Below are positions 1 through 11,251 of a stretch of DNA of 64,000 nt, piece after piece. This DNA is from an uncultured Acidobacteriota bacterium. GTDB taxonomy: Bacteria > Acidobacteriota > Terriglobia > UBA7540. Each line of letters opens with the position of its first letter. The first letter of the stretch is position 1. Both the position numbers and the translations under genes were made by a program. The notes under the pieces were generated by a model. That model was not told the DNA's origin, did no database searches, and was given only the letters and a program-made list of their open reading frames with translations. The DNA lies in the NCBI GenBank assembly GCA_963804995.1, contig CAWDSK010000005.1, positions 288,001 through 352,000 on the forward strand. Direction: 5' to 3'.

Positions 1-422
1 CTGACTGCCGCGAAGATGGTCGCCACCTGCGCGGCGGTGGAGGCTTTCCCGAGCAAGGTAGGATAGAAGGGACGGTACCCGGCCACCAGGCTGATCAGCA
101 GCGTGGTCATGATGATGCCGATGTCGCGGGAGAGCACCAGGATGGTGAGCCACCAGGGCAAAGCGCCTTGGAACGCCAGGGTCAGATACGCAGTGGTCAT
201 CAGAATCTTGTCGGCAATCGGGTCAAGCGCCACGCCCAGCGCGCTTTCCTGCTTTAACAGGCGAGCCAGCGTGCCATCCAGAGCATCGGAGACAGCCGCC
301 GCCATCAACACTGCCAGCGCCGCACGATAGCTGTGATCGACCACCAGGATGGCAAACACCGGCACAAATGCCAGGCGCAAAAGGGTGATTTGATTCGAGG
401 CTGTAAGGATCTTAGAGGTCAT
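1..422 (-). CDS. CDP-alcohol phosphatidyltransferase family protein (runs off the window start)
   Basis: Manual translation of the reverse strand from ATG 422: MTSKILTASNQITLLRL...SDALDGTLARLLKQESALGVALDPIADK, the DGxxAR...G...D...D signature. Confidence 0.85.
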   Translation of the reverse strand, partial: MTSKILTASNQITLLRLAFVPVFAILVVDHSYRAALAVLMAAAVSDALDGTLARLLKQESALGVALDPIADKILMTTAYLTLAFQGALPWWLTILVLSRDIGIIMTTLLISLVAGYRPFYPTLLGKASTAAQVATIFAAV

Positions 423-569
423 CACTTTTCAGTTAATATAGCCAGGAAGGTCAAAGACTGTCAATGCGGGGTGGGTCCGGCAGTGGGTCGGTTTGAGGGT
501 GTAGCGGCGAGTTCACCTCGCCATATGGCGGCGTCCCGATACGATCGGGGCGCCGCCTCTACTTGCGAG

Positions 570-1553
570 CTAGGAAATGACGGCCTGCACGTGCTCCACA
601 TTCTCCGTGATCTGGTCGGTGAATTTCGGGAACATGCCCACGATGACGGCGTCTTGGGGCTTCAGATTATCGAAGGCGTAGGCGAAGCAGTTGCGCACAT
701 CCTGCTTGGAGTTGCAGCGGCGGCCCGCGCCAAGAATCTTGAATCCCAGGCAGCGGGGCTTGGCCTGGCGCAACACCTTGGTCATGCGGTCGGGGTCGGT
801 TGCGAGGTAGGTCTCACCCACGGGCGGCATGCCGATTTCCTTCTTGAATTCCTCCTCGGTGCGCGTGATGCGATAAAAGCACCCCATGTAGAAATCGATG
901 GGCCAGCCCTTGGTTTCAAGCGCCGCAATCACGTCGGGATTGTGCGTGGAGACGCCCGCGGGGAATCCCAGGTCGTGGACTTTGTTAAGGAAGTCACGGA
1001 TGAGGTCAATAGAGCCTGCCACCCAGTGTTTGTCGGTCGCCACGCCGTGGTGCGCGATACCGATGGGTTTCACCTGGGCGGCAACCGAGGCACACTTCAG
1101 GGCGCCCTGGATGAGCGCCTTCGGATCTTTGGGATCGCTCACGTCCCAGGGGTCGGCGAGGCAGAGCCAATGCATCGTGCAGCCGGCGTCGCGAATTTTG
1201 GGAAACTGGCGCTGCGCCTCGACGCGGTAGTTGCTTTGCCAGGTGTTGATGCCCGCTTTCTCGCAGGCGAGCAGGTACTTCACCACTTGCTCGTCGGTAA
1301 AGTATTCACGCATCAGGTTGTCGAGCAGGCCATTAAAGTGCGAATAGCCGTAAAGCGGGTTACCGCCGGAAATCAATCGTGTGACTTGGTGGGAGCCGAG
1401 CGCAACCGTCGGCAAGGTATGCGATGTTTCGGCTGCCACCAGCGGCGTCGCCACCAGCCCAGCCGCTGCGGCCACCGCGCCTTTCATAAAATCGCGGCGC
1501 GAGGCGCTGGCTAAGAGTGGGAAAGAGGAATCAGAATTTGCGTGCTTCGACAT
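570..1553 (-). CDS. Tat-exported protein, aldo/keto-reductase-like fold
   Basis: SRRDFMK twin-arginine signal; LPTVALG...VTRLISGGN; KILGAGR near the C-terminus. Confidence 0.6.
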   Translation of the reverse strand: MSKHANSDSSFPLLASASRRDFMKGAVAAAAGLVATPLVAAETSHTLPTVALGSHQVTRLISGGNPLYGYSHFNGLLDNLMREYFTDEQVVKYLLACEKAGINTWQSNYRVEAQRQFPKIRDAGCTMHWLCLADPWDVSDPKDPKALIQGALKCASVAAQVKPIGIAHHGVATDKHWVAGSIDLIRDFLNKVHDLGFPAGVSTHNPDVIAALETKGWPIDFYMGCFYRITRTEEEFKKEIGMPPVGETYLATDPDRMTKVLRQAKPRCLGFKILGAGRRCNSKQDVRNCFAYAFDNLKPQDAVIVGMFPKFTDQITENVEHVQAVIS

Positions 1554-2411
1554 CAGGGATCACCAGGGCGAGGGAGTGATCCAGGGGACGAACTACGGAT
1601 ATTCCTTTCTCGAGTGCTTGTCAACTGTCAATGTGTCCGAGGGGAAAATAACGCCGCTCCTCTACTCCCTTGTCAACACCACCCTGGCGCTCGGCCCCGA
1701 TGATCAATTTGGAAATAACGCGCTATCGGGGCTCGGCGCGCTGCTGGTAACCTCCCCGGCGCTCAGAGCGCCACGGAAATCAGGAGGGGAGTTTTGGCCA
1801 AAGAACTCCCCTCCTCAGATTGAGGAGGGGTGGCGCCCCGAGCGCCGGGGTGGTGCTGACAAGGAAATACCGGGGCGGTGCTGACAAAGGATAAGGGGTG
1901 GTGAGAAATCCGGTGTCCCTCAGCCCAAGCCCGGCGCGATAATTTTGCCATGTAGAATTGACAATGTTCTTTGGCGCAGGTAGAACTATAGAGCCCCGGG
2001 AAACCCGAAGGCAGGTTCCGGCGGAGTTGCATTTTGGTCCTGGGTTCTGCAGCGCACACAGTGCTCACCGCTTCAGGGGCGCCCATCCTATCCGGGGGTG
2101 CCACGAGCGTCGTTTGCTTTCATGCCATTCGACCACGCGTCTCCACTCTGGTGGAGGGCGGGGAGCGACGCGCCATACCCCCGGTAGCTTGGGCGCCAGG
2201 ATCCACAGCGTTTTCTTCCCAGTGCCGGAGGCAGCGTTAGGCAGACTTCCACCATCAAGGCTAAGATGGGATTTTTCACCGGGGGTCGCGGGGCGATGTT
2301 ACAGTTATGCTTTACAAGCCGGAATAAATCATTAGTAAGCTTGGATGTATTATTGCAGGCGTACCTTACACGACGAAACAACTGGGTGAGAGCTCGGAGG
2401 GAAAGTCAGAA

Positions 2412-5060
2412 ATGAAGCGATTTGCGGCCATATTGTCGGGTTTGGTGTTGATGTGCGCTTGCGGTGGAGGTGGCGGCGGAGGCGGCACTACGCCCCCTCC
2501 CACATCGCCTATTTCGGTAACCCTGTCACCCTCCAACCAGTCCAACCTCGACCAAGGGCAGAGCCTGAACCTTACCGCGACCTTGACAAATGACTCCGGC
2601 AGTCAGGGTGTAAGTTGGAGTGCCACTGGAGCAGGCTGCGCGGGCACGGCTTGCGGTACCTTCACCAACACCACCAAAACCACGGCAACCTACGTAGCTC
2701 CCGCTCACCTTACCAGCAACTTGAACGTTTCAGTGATTGCCACCTCCGTTGCTGACTCCACCAAGTCGGCATCCTCCCCGGTCATGGTCACCCCCCCGCC
2801 GAGCATCTTGACCACCACGCTTCCCGCTGCCACGCCCAGCCAACCCTACAACGCGGCCCTCGGAGCCTCCGGGGGAGCCGGAACGCTGACTTGGAGCCTG
2901 GCGGCCGGCTCGTTACTCCCGTCAGGTTTGCAGTTGAACGGCGCGGGGCAGATTTATGGCACTCCTACGGATTCCGGAACTACGACCTTCACCGTAAAGG
3001 TGAGCGACTCATCTTCGGGCTCGGGCGGGTCGGCTTCCGCACAGCAACAACTCCACATCACCGTGGTCGGTATATTGGACGTCACCACGCAATCCCTGCC
3101 AAACGGCACGGTGGGTGTGACCTATGGCGCCAGTATCCAAACGATCGGCGGCACACTTCCTGTTGTCTGGAGTTTATGCAGCACCTGCGTAGACGGAGGG
3201 ACGCTGCCCCCGGGGCTGGTACTCCAGGGCTTTAACACCAGTGCGGGAGCGGTCTCAGGCACGCCCACCGCGGCGGGGACCTATTACTTCACCGTAACGG
3301 CGTTGGATTCGGGCACTCCGCAACAGACCATGAATCAGCCCCTGGAAATCACCATCAATCCCCCTGGCCCCTTGACCATCACCACCACGTCGGTGCTCGA
3401 CGGCACACTCGACGTCCCGTACAGTGCCACGCTGGTGGCCACGGGTGGTACGCCGCCTATCAGTTGGAGTAACACGGGCGGCGCGCTGCCCACGGGGTTG
3501 TCGCTTAACCCGCTCACCGGCGTGATCTCCGGCACTCCCACTGCGACCGGAACGTTCAACTTTTCGGTGACGGCCACGGATACTACCGGCGCGCACCTGA
3601 CCCAGCAGTTGACCATCACTATCAACCCCTCGATCGCGGCTTGCAGCAGCTCCGGGAATAATGGCGTGCTCTCCGGCCAATATGCCTTTAGCCTGAGCGG
3701 GTATAACGGCAGCGGCTTCCTGGGCGTGGTAGGCTCTTTCACCGCCAACGGGCAGGGTGGGATTACGGCGGGTGAGGCTGACACCAATGGGGTCCTGGGC
3801 GGGCAGCAAGGCAGCATTATTCCCGCTGTCAGCTCCTACTCCGTGGGGCCGGACAACCGCGGCTGCGCCACCATCGCCACGTCCTTTGGGACCTTCATCA
3901 CGCGCTTCGCGCTGGGGGCCCTGACTTCCGGCGTCGCCACGAATGGCCAGATGATCGAATTTGACACTCCCAACCCCAGCGCCTTTATCGCCACGGGGCA
4001 GATCCTGCAACAGACCCCCGTTGACTTTACTGCTTTCCTCAACGGCAGCTTTGTTTTTCGTACCGTGGGCTGGGATTCGGGTGCCGGGGGCGGCCGCGAC
4101 GTTTGCGTGGGCGTCCTGACCGCGTTCAAAGGCATCTTCAGCAACCTGGACGAGGAATGCAACGACAACGGGACCGCGGCCAACCTCACAGGTGGAACCG
4201 GGACCTACACAAATTTCGACATCACCACGGGTCGCGCTACCTCGACAGAGCTGGTGGGGACAGGTACGTCCCACCTTACAATCTACCTGGTGTCGAACAC
4301 GCAATTCCTGATGATCAACTCTGATCCCACCCCCACCGTGAGCGGCTTCGCACAGCAGCAGCTCGTGCCGAATGGCGGATTCAGGCCTAGCTCACTCACT
4401 GGCAAGCTCGTCTTCTATCTCAGTGGGTTGACTGGTGGCGGCTCAGGTGCGGATGGGTCCATAGACCTCATCAGTTCCGATGGAGTGAGCGCCTTGAGTA
4501 TCACCAGCTACGAGAATTATCTGGGCGTCTGGCAAGGTACTCCCCCTCCCATAACTCTCACCTGCATTTACACTGTCGTCTCCAACGGCAGGGTAACGCT
4601 CAGTAGCAGTGGCGGCGGGAATAGTTGCGGAATGAATCCCCCCGTCATCTACTTGACCGCCCCTAACACCGGCTTTGCAGTTGACACTGCCGCCGCAGTT
4701 GACACGGGATCGCTCTTTGCACAAACGGGCAGCCCTTTTGCCAATACCTCCCTGTCCGGCGTCTTCGCGACGGGTCTGGCTGAGGTGGTCAGCCAGGACA
4801 TTGGAAGACTATCCGTCGGTGCCCTTACGCTGGACGGAGGCGGCCATGTTAGTGGCCTTAATGACTTGATGTCGACCAGCGGCCAGTTTTTAGACAACCA
4901 CTTTGCCGACACCTACTCGGTTAATTCCGACGGGACCTTCACCTTTGGATCAACGGGCCCGACGATTGTTGGTGTCGTGATATCCAATAGCCAGTTCGTG
5001 ATGTTCGATACCTCCAGCATCCCCACATCGTTCCCGATTCTGCTGCTAGGGTCTAAATAG
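2412..5060 (+). CDS. Ig-repeat (He_PIG-like) surface lipoprotein
   Basis: GGAGG RBS; lipobox-like LMCAC followed by poly-Gly; three LPxGL.L...G.ISGTPT..GT..FTV repeats. Confidence 0.8.
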   Translation: MKRFAAILSGLVLMCACGGGGGGGGTTPPPTSPISVTLSPSNQSNLDQGQSLNLTATLTNDSGSQGVSWSATGAGCAGTACGTFTNTTKTTATYVAPAHLTSNLNVSVIATSVADSTKSASSPVMVTPPPSILTTTLPAATPSQPYNAALGASGGAGTLTWSLAAGSLLPSGLQLNGAGQIYGTPTDSGTTTFTVKVSDSSSGSGGSASAQQQLHITVVGILDVTTQSLPNGTVGVTYGASIQTIGGTLPVVWSLCSTCVDGGTLPPGLVLQGFNTSAGAVSGTPTAAGTYYFTVTALDSGTPQQTMNQPLEITINPPGPLTITTTSVLDGTLDVPYSATLVATGGTPPISWSNTGGALPTGLSLNPLTGVISGTPTATGTFNFSVTATDTTGAHLTQQLTITINPSIAACSSSGNNGVLSGQYAFSLSGYNGSGFLGVVGSFTANGQGGITAGEADTNGVLGGQQGSIIPAVSSYSVGPDNRGCATIATSFGTFITRFALGALTSGVATNGQMIEFDTPNPSAFIATGQILQQTPVDFTAFLNGSFVFRTVGWDSGAGGGRDVCVGVLTAFKGIFSNLDEECNDNGTAANLTGGTGTYTNFDITTGRATSTELVGTGTSHLTIYLVSNTQFLMINSDPTPTVSGFAQQQLVPNGGFRPSSLTGKLVFYLSGLTGGGSGADGSIDLISSDGVSALSITSYENYLGVWQGTPPPITLTCIYTVVSNGRVTLSSSGGGNSCGMNPPVIYLTAPNTGFAVDTAAAVDTGSLFAQTGSPFANTSLSGVFATGLAEVVSQDIGRLSVGALTLDGGGHVSGLNDLMSTSGQFLDNHFADTYSVNSDGTFTFGSTGPTIVGVVISNSQFVMFDTSSIPTSFPILLLGSK

Positions 5061-5269
5061 GCCTGAGAACAGGGAATAGGGACTAGCGACCGTAGCGCGG
5101 ACCTCCGTCTTTGAGGTCCGCGGTTCTTCATAGGCCCTTTGAGCAAATTGGTCGTGGCGAAGCGGCCGCCCATATATGGGGGTTTGCGGTTGTTTCAAAC
5201 GAAGTGCCGCGGACCATATAACCTCGCCGCTGCAGGTGGCGGGGATGCCCACCCTGATGGGCGGTGACG

Positions 5270-6720
5270 CCTTCCCCACCGCCTCGAACCGGGGAATGGT
5301 TCCAAATCGCTACTATCGTGGGTGGCAACCGCGATTGGGGGTTGCTTACCAGTTGAACGACAAGACGGTGGTGCGCGCTGGCGCCGCGGTATTCTTTAGC
5401 TTTTATCAGTTTGGAGCGGCCACCCCGGATTCGACCCCTAGTCTGGATGGGTTCACAAGTACAACTCCATGGTTTAGCACGTATCAGAACAACGGAACCA
5501 CGCCCGCCAATACCCTCAGTAATCCCTGGCCGGCCGGTATCCAACTTCCCACCGGTAGTTCGCTGGGGGCGCTCACCAATATTGGCCTTTCCGTAACCGG
5601 TGGGGTGAACGCGCCGGGCTGGGACAACCAACCCTATCTCCAAGCCTGGAACTTCGGCATTCAGCGCAACCTTCCTGGAGGAATCCTGCTGGAGGTCAAC
5701 TATGTCGGCCAGAAAGGAACCCACCTGCTTTACGGTGGTTACACTAGCCTTCAATACCTAGGTCCTCAGGTCGAAAAAGAATCCGTGCAGCAACTGACGG
5801 CGCTCACTTCCTACGTGCCCAACCCGTTTGCTTCCGTTATCACCAATCCGGCCAGTTGTCTGTCCGGGCCTACGATTGAGGCTGCCAATCTTCAGTGGCC
5901 TAACCCCCAGTTTTGCGGCGAGGACTTTGTCGAGCCTCCGTGGTCCAATACCAACTACAACGCACTGCAAGTCCGCGTGGAAAAACGCCTTTCGCACGGC
6001 TTACAATTCCTGGTTAACTACACGTGGTCCAAGTCGCTCGACAACACCTCTTGTAACGGGGACAACGTCTGTTGGATCGGCGGGTTCAATCGCATGGAGG
6101 ATCCCAATAATTTCTCGAAACTGCCGTACGGTGTCTCCGAATTCAATTTGCCCCAAGTCCTGAACGTCAGCTATGTGTACCATCTGCCCTTCGGCAAGAC
6201 AGGGCAATGGGGCAGAAGCTGGAATCAGTGGGTCAATGGGGCTCTCGGCGGCTGGGAGACAACCGGCATCTGGGTTTTCACTACGGGCCAGCCCCTACCG
6301 TTGAACTGGATGTCCTGCGGGGTCACCTTTCCCAGCTATGGTTGCCAGCAGCCCAACTTGATCGCACCGCTGCAGAAAACTGGCGGACCCGTAAACAACT
6401 GGATCAACAATTACTTCACCAATGAGAATTCGGCGCTTGCCGAGCCCGCCCCGTTCACACTAGGGACGGCCCCTCAGGTGCTGCCCAATACCTACGGCCC
6501 GGGCACATTCAATGCCAACCTCGCGGTGTACAAGAACTTCCCCTTGGGTCGACTGCGCGAGGGCGCATCTTTGCAGGTGCGCGCTGAAACCATCAATGGC
6601 TTCAATCATCCGAAGTTTGGCAACCCGAACACGACGTTCGAGAGCCCGAATTTTGGACTTATCGACAATCAGTTGAACTCGGCTCGGCAGGTCTAGCTCG
6701 GGATGAAGCTGTACTTCTAA
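5270..6720 (+). pseudogene. 3' remnant of an Oar-like TonB-dependent receptor
   Basis: PRLGVAYQLNDKTVVRAG, YNALQVRVEKRLSHGLQFLVNYTWSKSLD and LQVRAETINGFNHP motifs. The N-terminal half is absent, and a TAG at 6694 interrupts the terminal RQV*LGMKLYF motif. Confidence 0.8.
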
Positions 6721-6739
6721 TTAACTCGTCATCTACCCT

Positions 6740-6776
6740 GCCTGGGCTGGCGTCAACACCTAGCGCCAGCCCAGGC
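6740..6776. terminator. GC-rich hairpin between convergent genes
   Basis: gcctgggctggcg ... cgccagcccaggc, 13-bp inverted repeat. Confidence 0.5.
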
Positions 6777-6967
6777 TCCTGCATCCGCAGCCTCCATCTT
6801 CAATTCTCCCCCCTCGGTCGCCGCGGTGACAGAGGGGCCGGGGGGTAAGGGGATTGTAGTGTCTAGCGGAAAACTACCGCCAGCAGAGAATTCTACCTTT
6901 GCCTTTTGATTTTCTTTGCGGATGCGCCGCACTCTGCTACCCGGTAACGGGGGCGTAAGGGGCGGGG

Positions 6968-9466
6968 CTAATCCTGAGCTTTCAAACCCACACCGTCGCA
7001 CGGATCGACGTGCCAGATCTCGGAGGTATATTCCCGGATGGTACGATCGGAGGAGAACTTTCCCGCCCGGGCCACATTCAGAATGGCTTTTCGATCCCAA
7101 CCCTCCACGTCGCGATAGGCGGCATCGACGCGTTCCTGGGTTTGAATGTAATCCCGCAGGTCGGCAAGCAGCATGTAATGGTCTCCACCGTCCAAGAGGG
7201 ATTGCACGAGCGGTCTGAAAATTCCGGGTTCCAGGATGCTGAAAAAATCCTTCTCGATCAGCGTAAACGCCCATCGGATCTCTTCGTCACTGTTATAAAC
7301 ATCCCAGGGATTGTAAGAAGCGCGGCGCTGCCTGACCTCCTCGGTCTTCAGGCCGAAGATGAAGATATTCTCCTCCCCAACCTCCTCCAGGATTTCTATG
7401 GTGGCGCCATCCAGGGTCCCAATCGTGACCGCGCCGTTGAGCTGCATTTTCATGTTGCCCGTCCCGGAGGCTTCCGTCCCGGCCAAGGAGATCTGTTCGC
7501 TCAGGTTCGCCGCGGGGATAATCCTCTCTGCCAAGGACACCCGGTAATTGGGCAGGAATACGACCTTTATTTTTTCGCAAATCTGCGGGTCCCGGTTGAT
7601 GACTTCCGCAACCTGGTGGATCAGCTTGATGATCAGCTTGGCCATGGCATAGCCGGGGGCGGCTTTGGCTCCAAAGATGAATGTGCGGGGCACGATGTCC
7701 AAGGCCGGGTTTTTCTTCAGGCGGCTGTATAGCATGATGATGTAAAGGACAAGCAGCATCTGGCGCTTGTATTCATGCAGGCGCTTCACCTGGACGTCAA
7801 ATAGCGAATCCGGTGAAACGTTGATCCCCGTCTCATGCGCGATGAGTTGAGCCAAGAGCGCCTTGTTGTGCTGCTTGGCGGCGCGGAATCCCTTCCGGAA
7901 GGCGGCATCGTCCACGAACGGCTCCAATTTCCTGAGCTGGTCGAGATCCGTGATCCATTTGTCACCGATGGCTTTCGTAATCAGCTTGGCGAGAGCGGGA
8001 TTGGCGTTCAATAACCAGCGCCGCGGGGTGATGCCGTTGGTCTTGTTGTTAAACTTCTCCGGCCACATTTCAGCGAAATCCCTCAGGATTTCGCGCTTCA
8101 GAAGCTCTGTGTGGAGCCGCGCCACGCCATTCACCGAACGGGAACCCACGATGGCCAGGTTGGCCATGCGCACGTATTTCTCCCCTTTCTCGTCGATGAT
8201 GCTCATGCGCCGCAGCCGCGAATCGTCTAAGGGCCAGCGCGTCGCCACGTCGCGCATAAACCGGGCGTTTATTTCGTAGATAATCTGCAAGTGGCGAGGG
8301 AGCAACCGCCCGAACATTTTCAGCGGCCACTTCTCCATCGCTTCCGGCAGAATCGTATGGTTGGTGTAACCGGTGGATTCCGTGGTGATCCGCCATGCCT
8401 GGTCCCAGCCCAGACCCTCGCGATCGATCAGCAGGCGCATCAATTCCGGGATGACCAGCGAAGGATGGGTGTCATTGAGTTGGATGAAGGCCTTGCTGGG
8501 AAAGGCGTCCCAGGCATTCTTGTCTCTCTTGAAGCGGCGCAGGATATCCTGAATCGAGCACGAAACGAAAAAATACTGCTGTTTGAGGCGGAGTTCCTTC
8601 CCTTCGAACACGGTGTCATTCGGGTAGAGAACCTTGGTCAGGTTCTCCGCCAGAACTTTGTTGGCCACCGCATCTACATACGACCCGCGATTGAAATCAT
8701 CCAGGTCAAACTCTTCCGCCGCCTTGGCTGACCAGAGCCGCAAGGTGTTGACGGTGTGCCCGCCATACCCCACCACCGGCAGGTCGTGGGGCATGCCCAC
8801 CACCGCCTTGGTATCCACCCAGTGCCATTCCAAACCATTCGGGCCCGGCCGGGCTTCGACCTGGCCTTCGAACTGCACTTGAAAAGAATATTCCGGATGA
8901 ACGATTTCCCAAGGGTAGCCGAGCTTCAACCACTCATCGGGAACCTCCACTTGATAACCGTTCACGATGCGCTGGTTGAAGATGCCGAAGTCGTAGCGCA
9001 GGCCGTAACCGACCGAGGGAATGTCGAGCGTGGCCATCGAATCCAGGAAGCAGGCGGCCAGGCGGCCCAATCCGCCATTGCCCAGGCCCGCATCCACTTC
9101 CTGGTCGCGCAGGTCTTCCCAATTCAGCCCCACGTCGGCCAATGCCTGGCGGCAGGGATCCTCCAAGCGCAGATTGATGACGTTGTTGTCGAGCAACCGG
9201 CCGATCAGGAACTCCAGCGACAGGTAGTAGGCCCGTTTGACGTTCCGGTCGTGATGCGCCTGCTGCGTGGCAAGCCAGCGCTCAATCAGACGGTCTCGGA
9301 CGGCCAGCGCAAACGCATAGTAACGGTCCCGATTGGTGGCGGTGTAGCGATCCTTGGCGAGCGTCCGGCGAAGGTGATTCTCGAATGACCTCCGCACTTC
9401 CTTGGGAGAGGTGAAAGTTTCCGTCCCCGCGGCGGCGTGCTCGACAACCTTGGTTTTAGATTCCAT
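6968..9466 (-). CDS. glgP: Glycogen/starch phosphorylase
   Basis: GLGNGGLGRLAACF, QLNDTHP, KRLHEYKRQ and EASGTGNMK (PLP lysine) motifs; start placed at MESK after a GGAGG-like RBS. Confidence 0.95.
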   Translation of the reverse strand: MESKTKVVEHAAAGTETFTSPKEVRRSFENHLRRTLAKDRYTATNRDRYYAFALAVRDRLIERWLATQQAHHDRNVKRAYYLSLEFLIGRLLDNNVINLRLEDPCRQALADVGLNWEDLRDQEVDAGLGNGGLGRLAACFLDSMATLDIPSVGYGLRYDFGIFNQRIVNGYQVEVPDEWLKLGYPWEIVHPEYSFQVQFEGQVEARPGPNGLEWHWVDTKAVVGMPHDLPVVGYGGHTVNTLRLWSAKAAEEFDLDDFNRGSYVDAVANKVLAENLTKVLYPNDTVFEGKELRLKQQYFFVSCSIQDILRRFKRDKNAWDAFPSKAFIQLNDTHPSLVIPELMRLLIDREGLGWDQAWRITTESTGYTNHTILPEAMEKWPLKMFGRLLPRHLQIIYEINARFMRDVATRWPLDDSRLRRMSIIDEKGEKYVRMANLAIVGSRSVNGVARLHTELLKREILRDFAEMWPEKFNNKTNGITPRRWLLNANPALAKLITKAIGDKWITDLDQLRKLEPFVDDAAFRKGFRAAKQHNKALLAQLIAHETGINVSPDSLFDVQVKRLHEYKRQMLLVLYIIMLYSRLKKNPALDIVPRTFIFGAKAAPGYAMAKLIIKLIHQVAEVINRDPQICEKIKVVFLPNYRVSLAERIIPAANLSEQISLAGTEASGTGNMKMQLNGAVTIGTLDGATIEILEEVGEENIFIFGLKTEEVRQRRASYNPWDVYNSDEEIRWAFTLIEKDFFSILEPGIFRPLVQSLLDGGDHYMLLADLRDYIQTQERVDAAYRDVEGWDRKAILNVARAGKFSSDRTIREYTSEIWHVDPCDGVGLKAQD

Positions 9467-9861
9467 CCATCCCCTCCCCGCCTGCTGCGGTCCCAATCAA
9501 ACGGTAACTTCCCCTGTGGGTCGGCATCGTGACACCCGGAATTGGCTCTGCTGGTTGGCTGCCCCAGAAGGAGGTAGTGCGGCCCCGCCCTGCCGGACTG
9601 CGTTGTTCTAAGGTTCAAGCTTACTCGCCTGGGGAGTGGTTCGCAACTGATTGTGGTGGCGGGTGAGTCTCGAGTCGCTCACATATCTTGTGAAAACGCG
9701 GACGCCGATGGATGAGCTAAGGGTTCCCATGGGAGACGTCCTTGCGTGATAACGCGGAAAATTTCCCCGTTAACTTTAAGTTGCGATTCGGCCGGGCGAC
9801 GCTTTATGCTTCAGGTTGTAAACGGGGCTTACAAACGTAAAGGAAACCAAGGTGCTCTGCC

Positions 9862-10040
9862 ATGGCTCCAGAACCCATCTATGATGTGATTGTTGTGGGT
9901 TCCGGCGCTGCGGGCGGCATCAGCGCTTACGTGCTGGCGACGCAGGGACTGAAGGTGCTTTGTCTCGAAACGGGACGCATACTTGACCCCGGCAAGGATT
10001 TTTACACGCACAAAATGAGCTACGAGTGGCCGTACCGTGG
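9862..10040 (+). pseudogene. N-terminal remnant of a GMC-type FAD oxidoreductase
   Basis: YDVIVVGSGAAGG...GLKVLCLETG Rossmann motif, which stops after about 60 aa. Confidence 0.65.
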
Positions 10041-10143
10041 CGTGGTGGATGCCTCGTGCCTTGTAACTCACCCTGAGAAGCCGATAACAGAATTGTTCCG
10101 AGATAATGCAAACCCAATCGTCCAAACAAAAGGAGAAACCCAC

Positions 10144-10608
10144 ATGCGATTTCCTAAAACGCTCGCCGTACTCCTGGCGGTCGGCGGAGTTCTGGTTGCC
10201 GCGCAGCCCGGACAGAAACCCATGAAGCAATTCTTGAATCCGGAGGGAGTACAAAGGGCAGTTCACAGCTATACCTCGGTTGTGACCTCCGGCCCGGGGC
10301 GGATGATCTTCATTTCCGGGCAGGGGGGCGCCGCTGCCGACGGCAAACTGCCGGAAGATTTTACTTCGCAAGCCACGAACACTTTTGAGAACTTGGGGCG
10401 ATGCCTCCATGCGGCCGGCGCGAAATTTGATGATATCGTCAAGATCAACTACTACCTTACGGACATTCACAACCAGGCAGAGCTTCGCCGCATTCGCGCC
10501 AAGTACCTGAACCAATCGGCGCCTCCGGCATCGACGATTGTGCAAGCCGGGCTGGGGGAAAAGGGTACGCTGCTCGAGGCTGAAGTGATCGCGGTCATTC
10601 CAGAATGA
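10144..10608 (+). CDS. RidA/YjgF family protein with signal peptide
   Basis: AGGAGA RBS before ATG 10144; IFISGQ, DIVKINYY, PPASTIVQ, LLEAEVIA motifs. Confidence 0.8.
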   Translation: MRFPKTLAVLLAVGGVLVAAQPGQKPMKQFLNPEGVQRAVHSYTSVVTSGPGRMIFISGQGGAAADGKLPEDFTSQATNTFENLGRCLHAAGAKFDDIVKINYYLTDIHNQAELRRIRAKYLNQSAPPASTIVQAGLGEKGTLLEAEVIAVIPE

Positions 10609-10707
10609 GAGTCAGATGAGTCGAAGAAGGTAGCCACGGTGTCGCCGCGGCAACCCATGACTACTCGCACCTGACGCAGGACACTACACGCTGGTCCCGG
10701 TCATCTG

Positions 10708-11140
10708 ATGATGCGACGGACCGGTCACCAGATCGTATTCACGGAGCCTCCCTTGTTCATGGTTACGAATTCAACATGTTTCATCCGGGTGAGTGTGGCG
10801 GCCTTGTTAGTGGCGGTGCTGGGCGGAACAGCGATGACGCGGCTTTCCGCGCCACGGCGTCGAAGGACCAAGGTACTGGGCCTGGATAAGGTGATTGCTT
10901 TTGCCTACAGCCCCACAAAAGGTTTTGATCCTAAACAACTGCGCTCCGTGACGTTCTTCGGACCCACGGACCCGGACGCTTGGCGGTATTGGCAGACACG
11001 TAAGGTAGTGACGGGTGTCGTGCGCACCTGGATGGATCTGCTGCGCCCACCCATCGACAAGGCCGTGGAGAACCTCGTGGGCATGAACTACGGCGGAAAT
11101 CCGCGACCCGTAGTCATGATCGACGAGTTCGGTGGGAAGA
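10708..11140 (+). pseudogene. Probable truncated hypothetical exported protein
   Basis: Protein-like sequence up to PVVMIDEFGG, then runs out of frame into the nitrilase start. Confidence 0.35.
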
Positions 11141-11251
11141 CGGCGCTTGCGGGAAGGAACGGGCTTGAGACAAGGCGGTGTATACTTTCATGCGCCGGGG
11201 CCGAACGATCGATTTCCCGAGTCCTCGCCCCGATACCGCGGGGTCTGAGCC

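Noticed and set aside
333..1514. Long antisense ORFs (also 19475-21127, 21469-22506, 3255-4304, 35184-36107)
   Set aside because: Shadow frames of well-supported genes in GC-rich DNA, with no recognisable motifs.
1560..2400. ORFs or ncRNA in the intergenic region
   Set aside because: Only a REP-like ctcccctcct..gaggaggggt hairpin (about 1805-1831) and possible promoter elements; no supportable gene.
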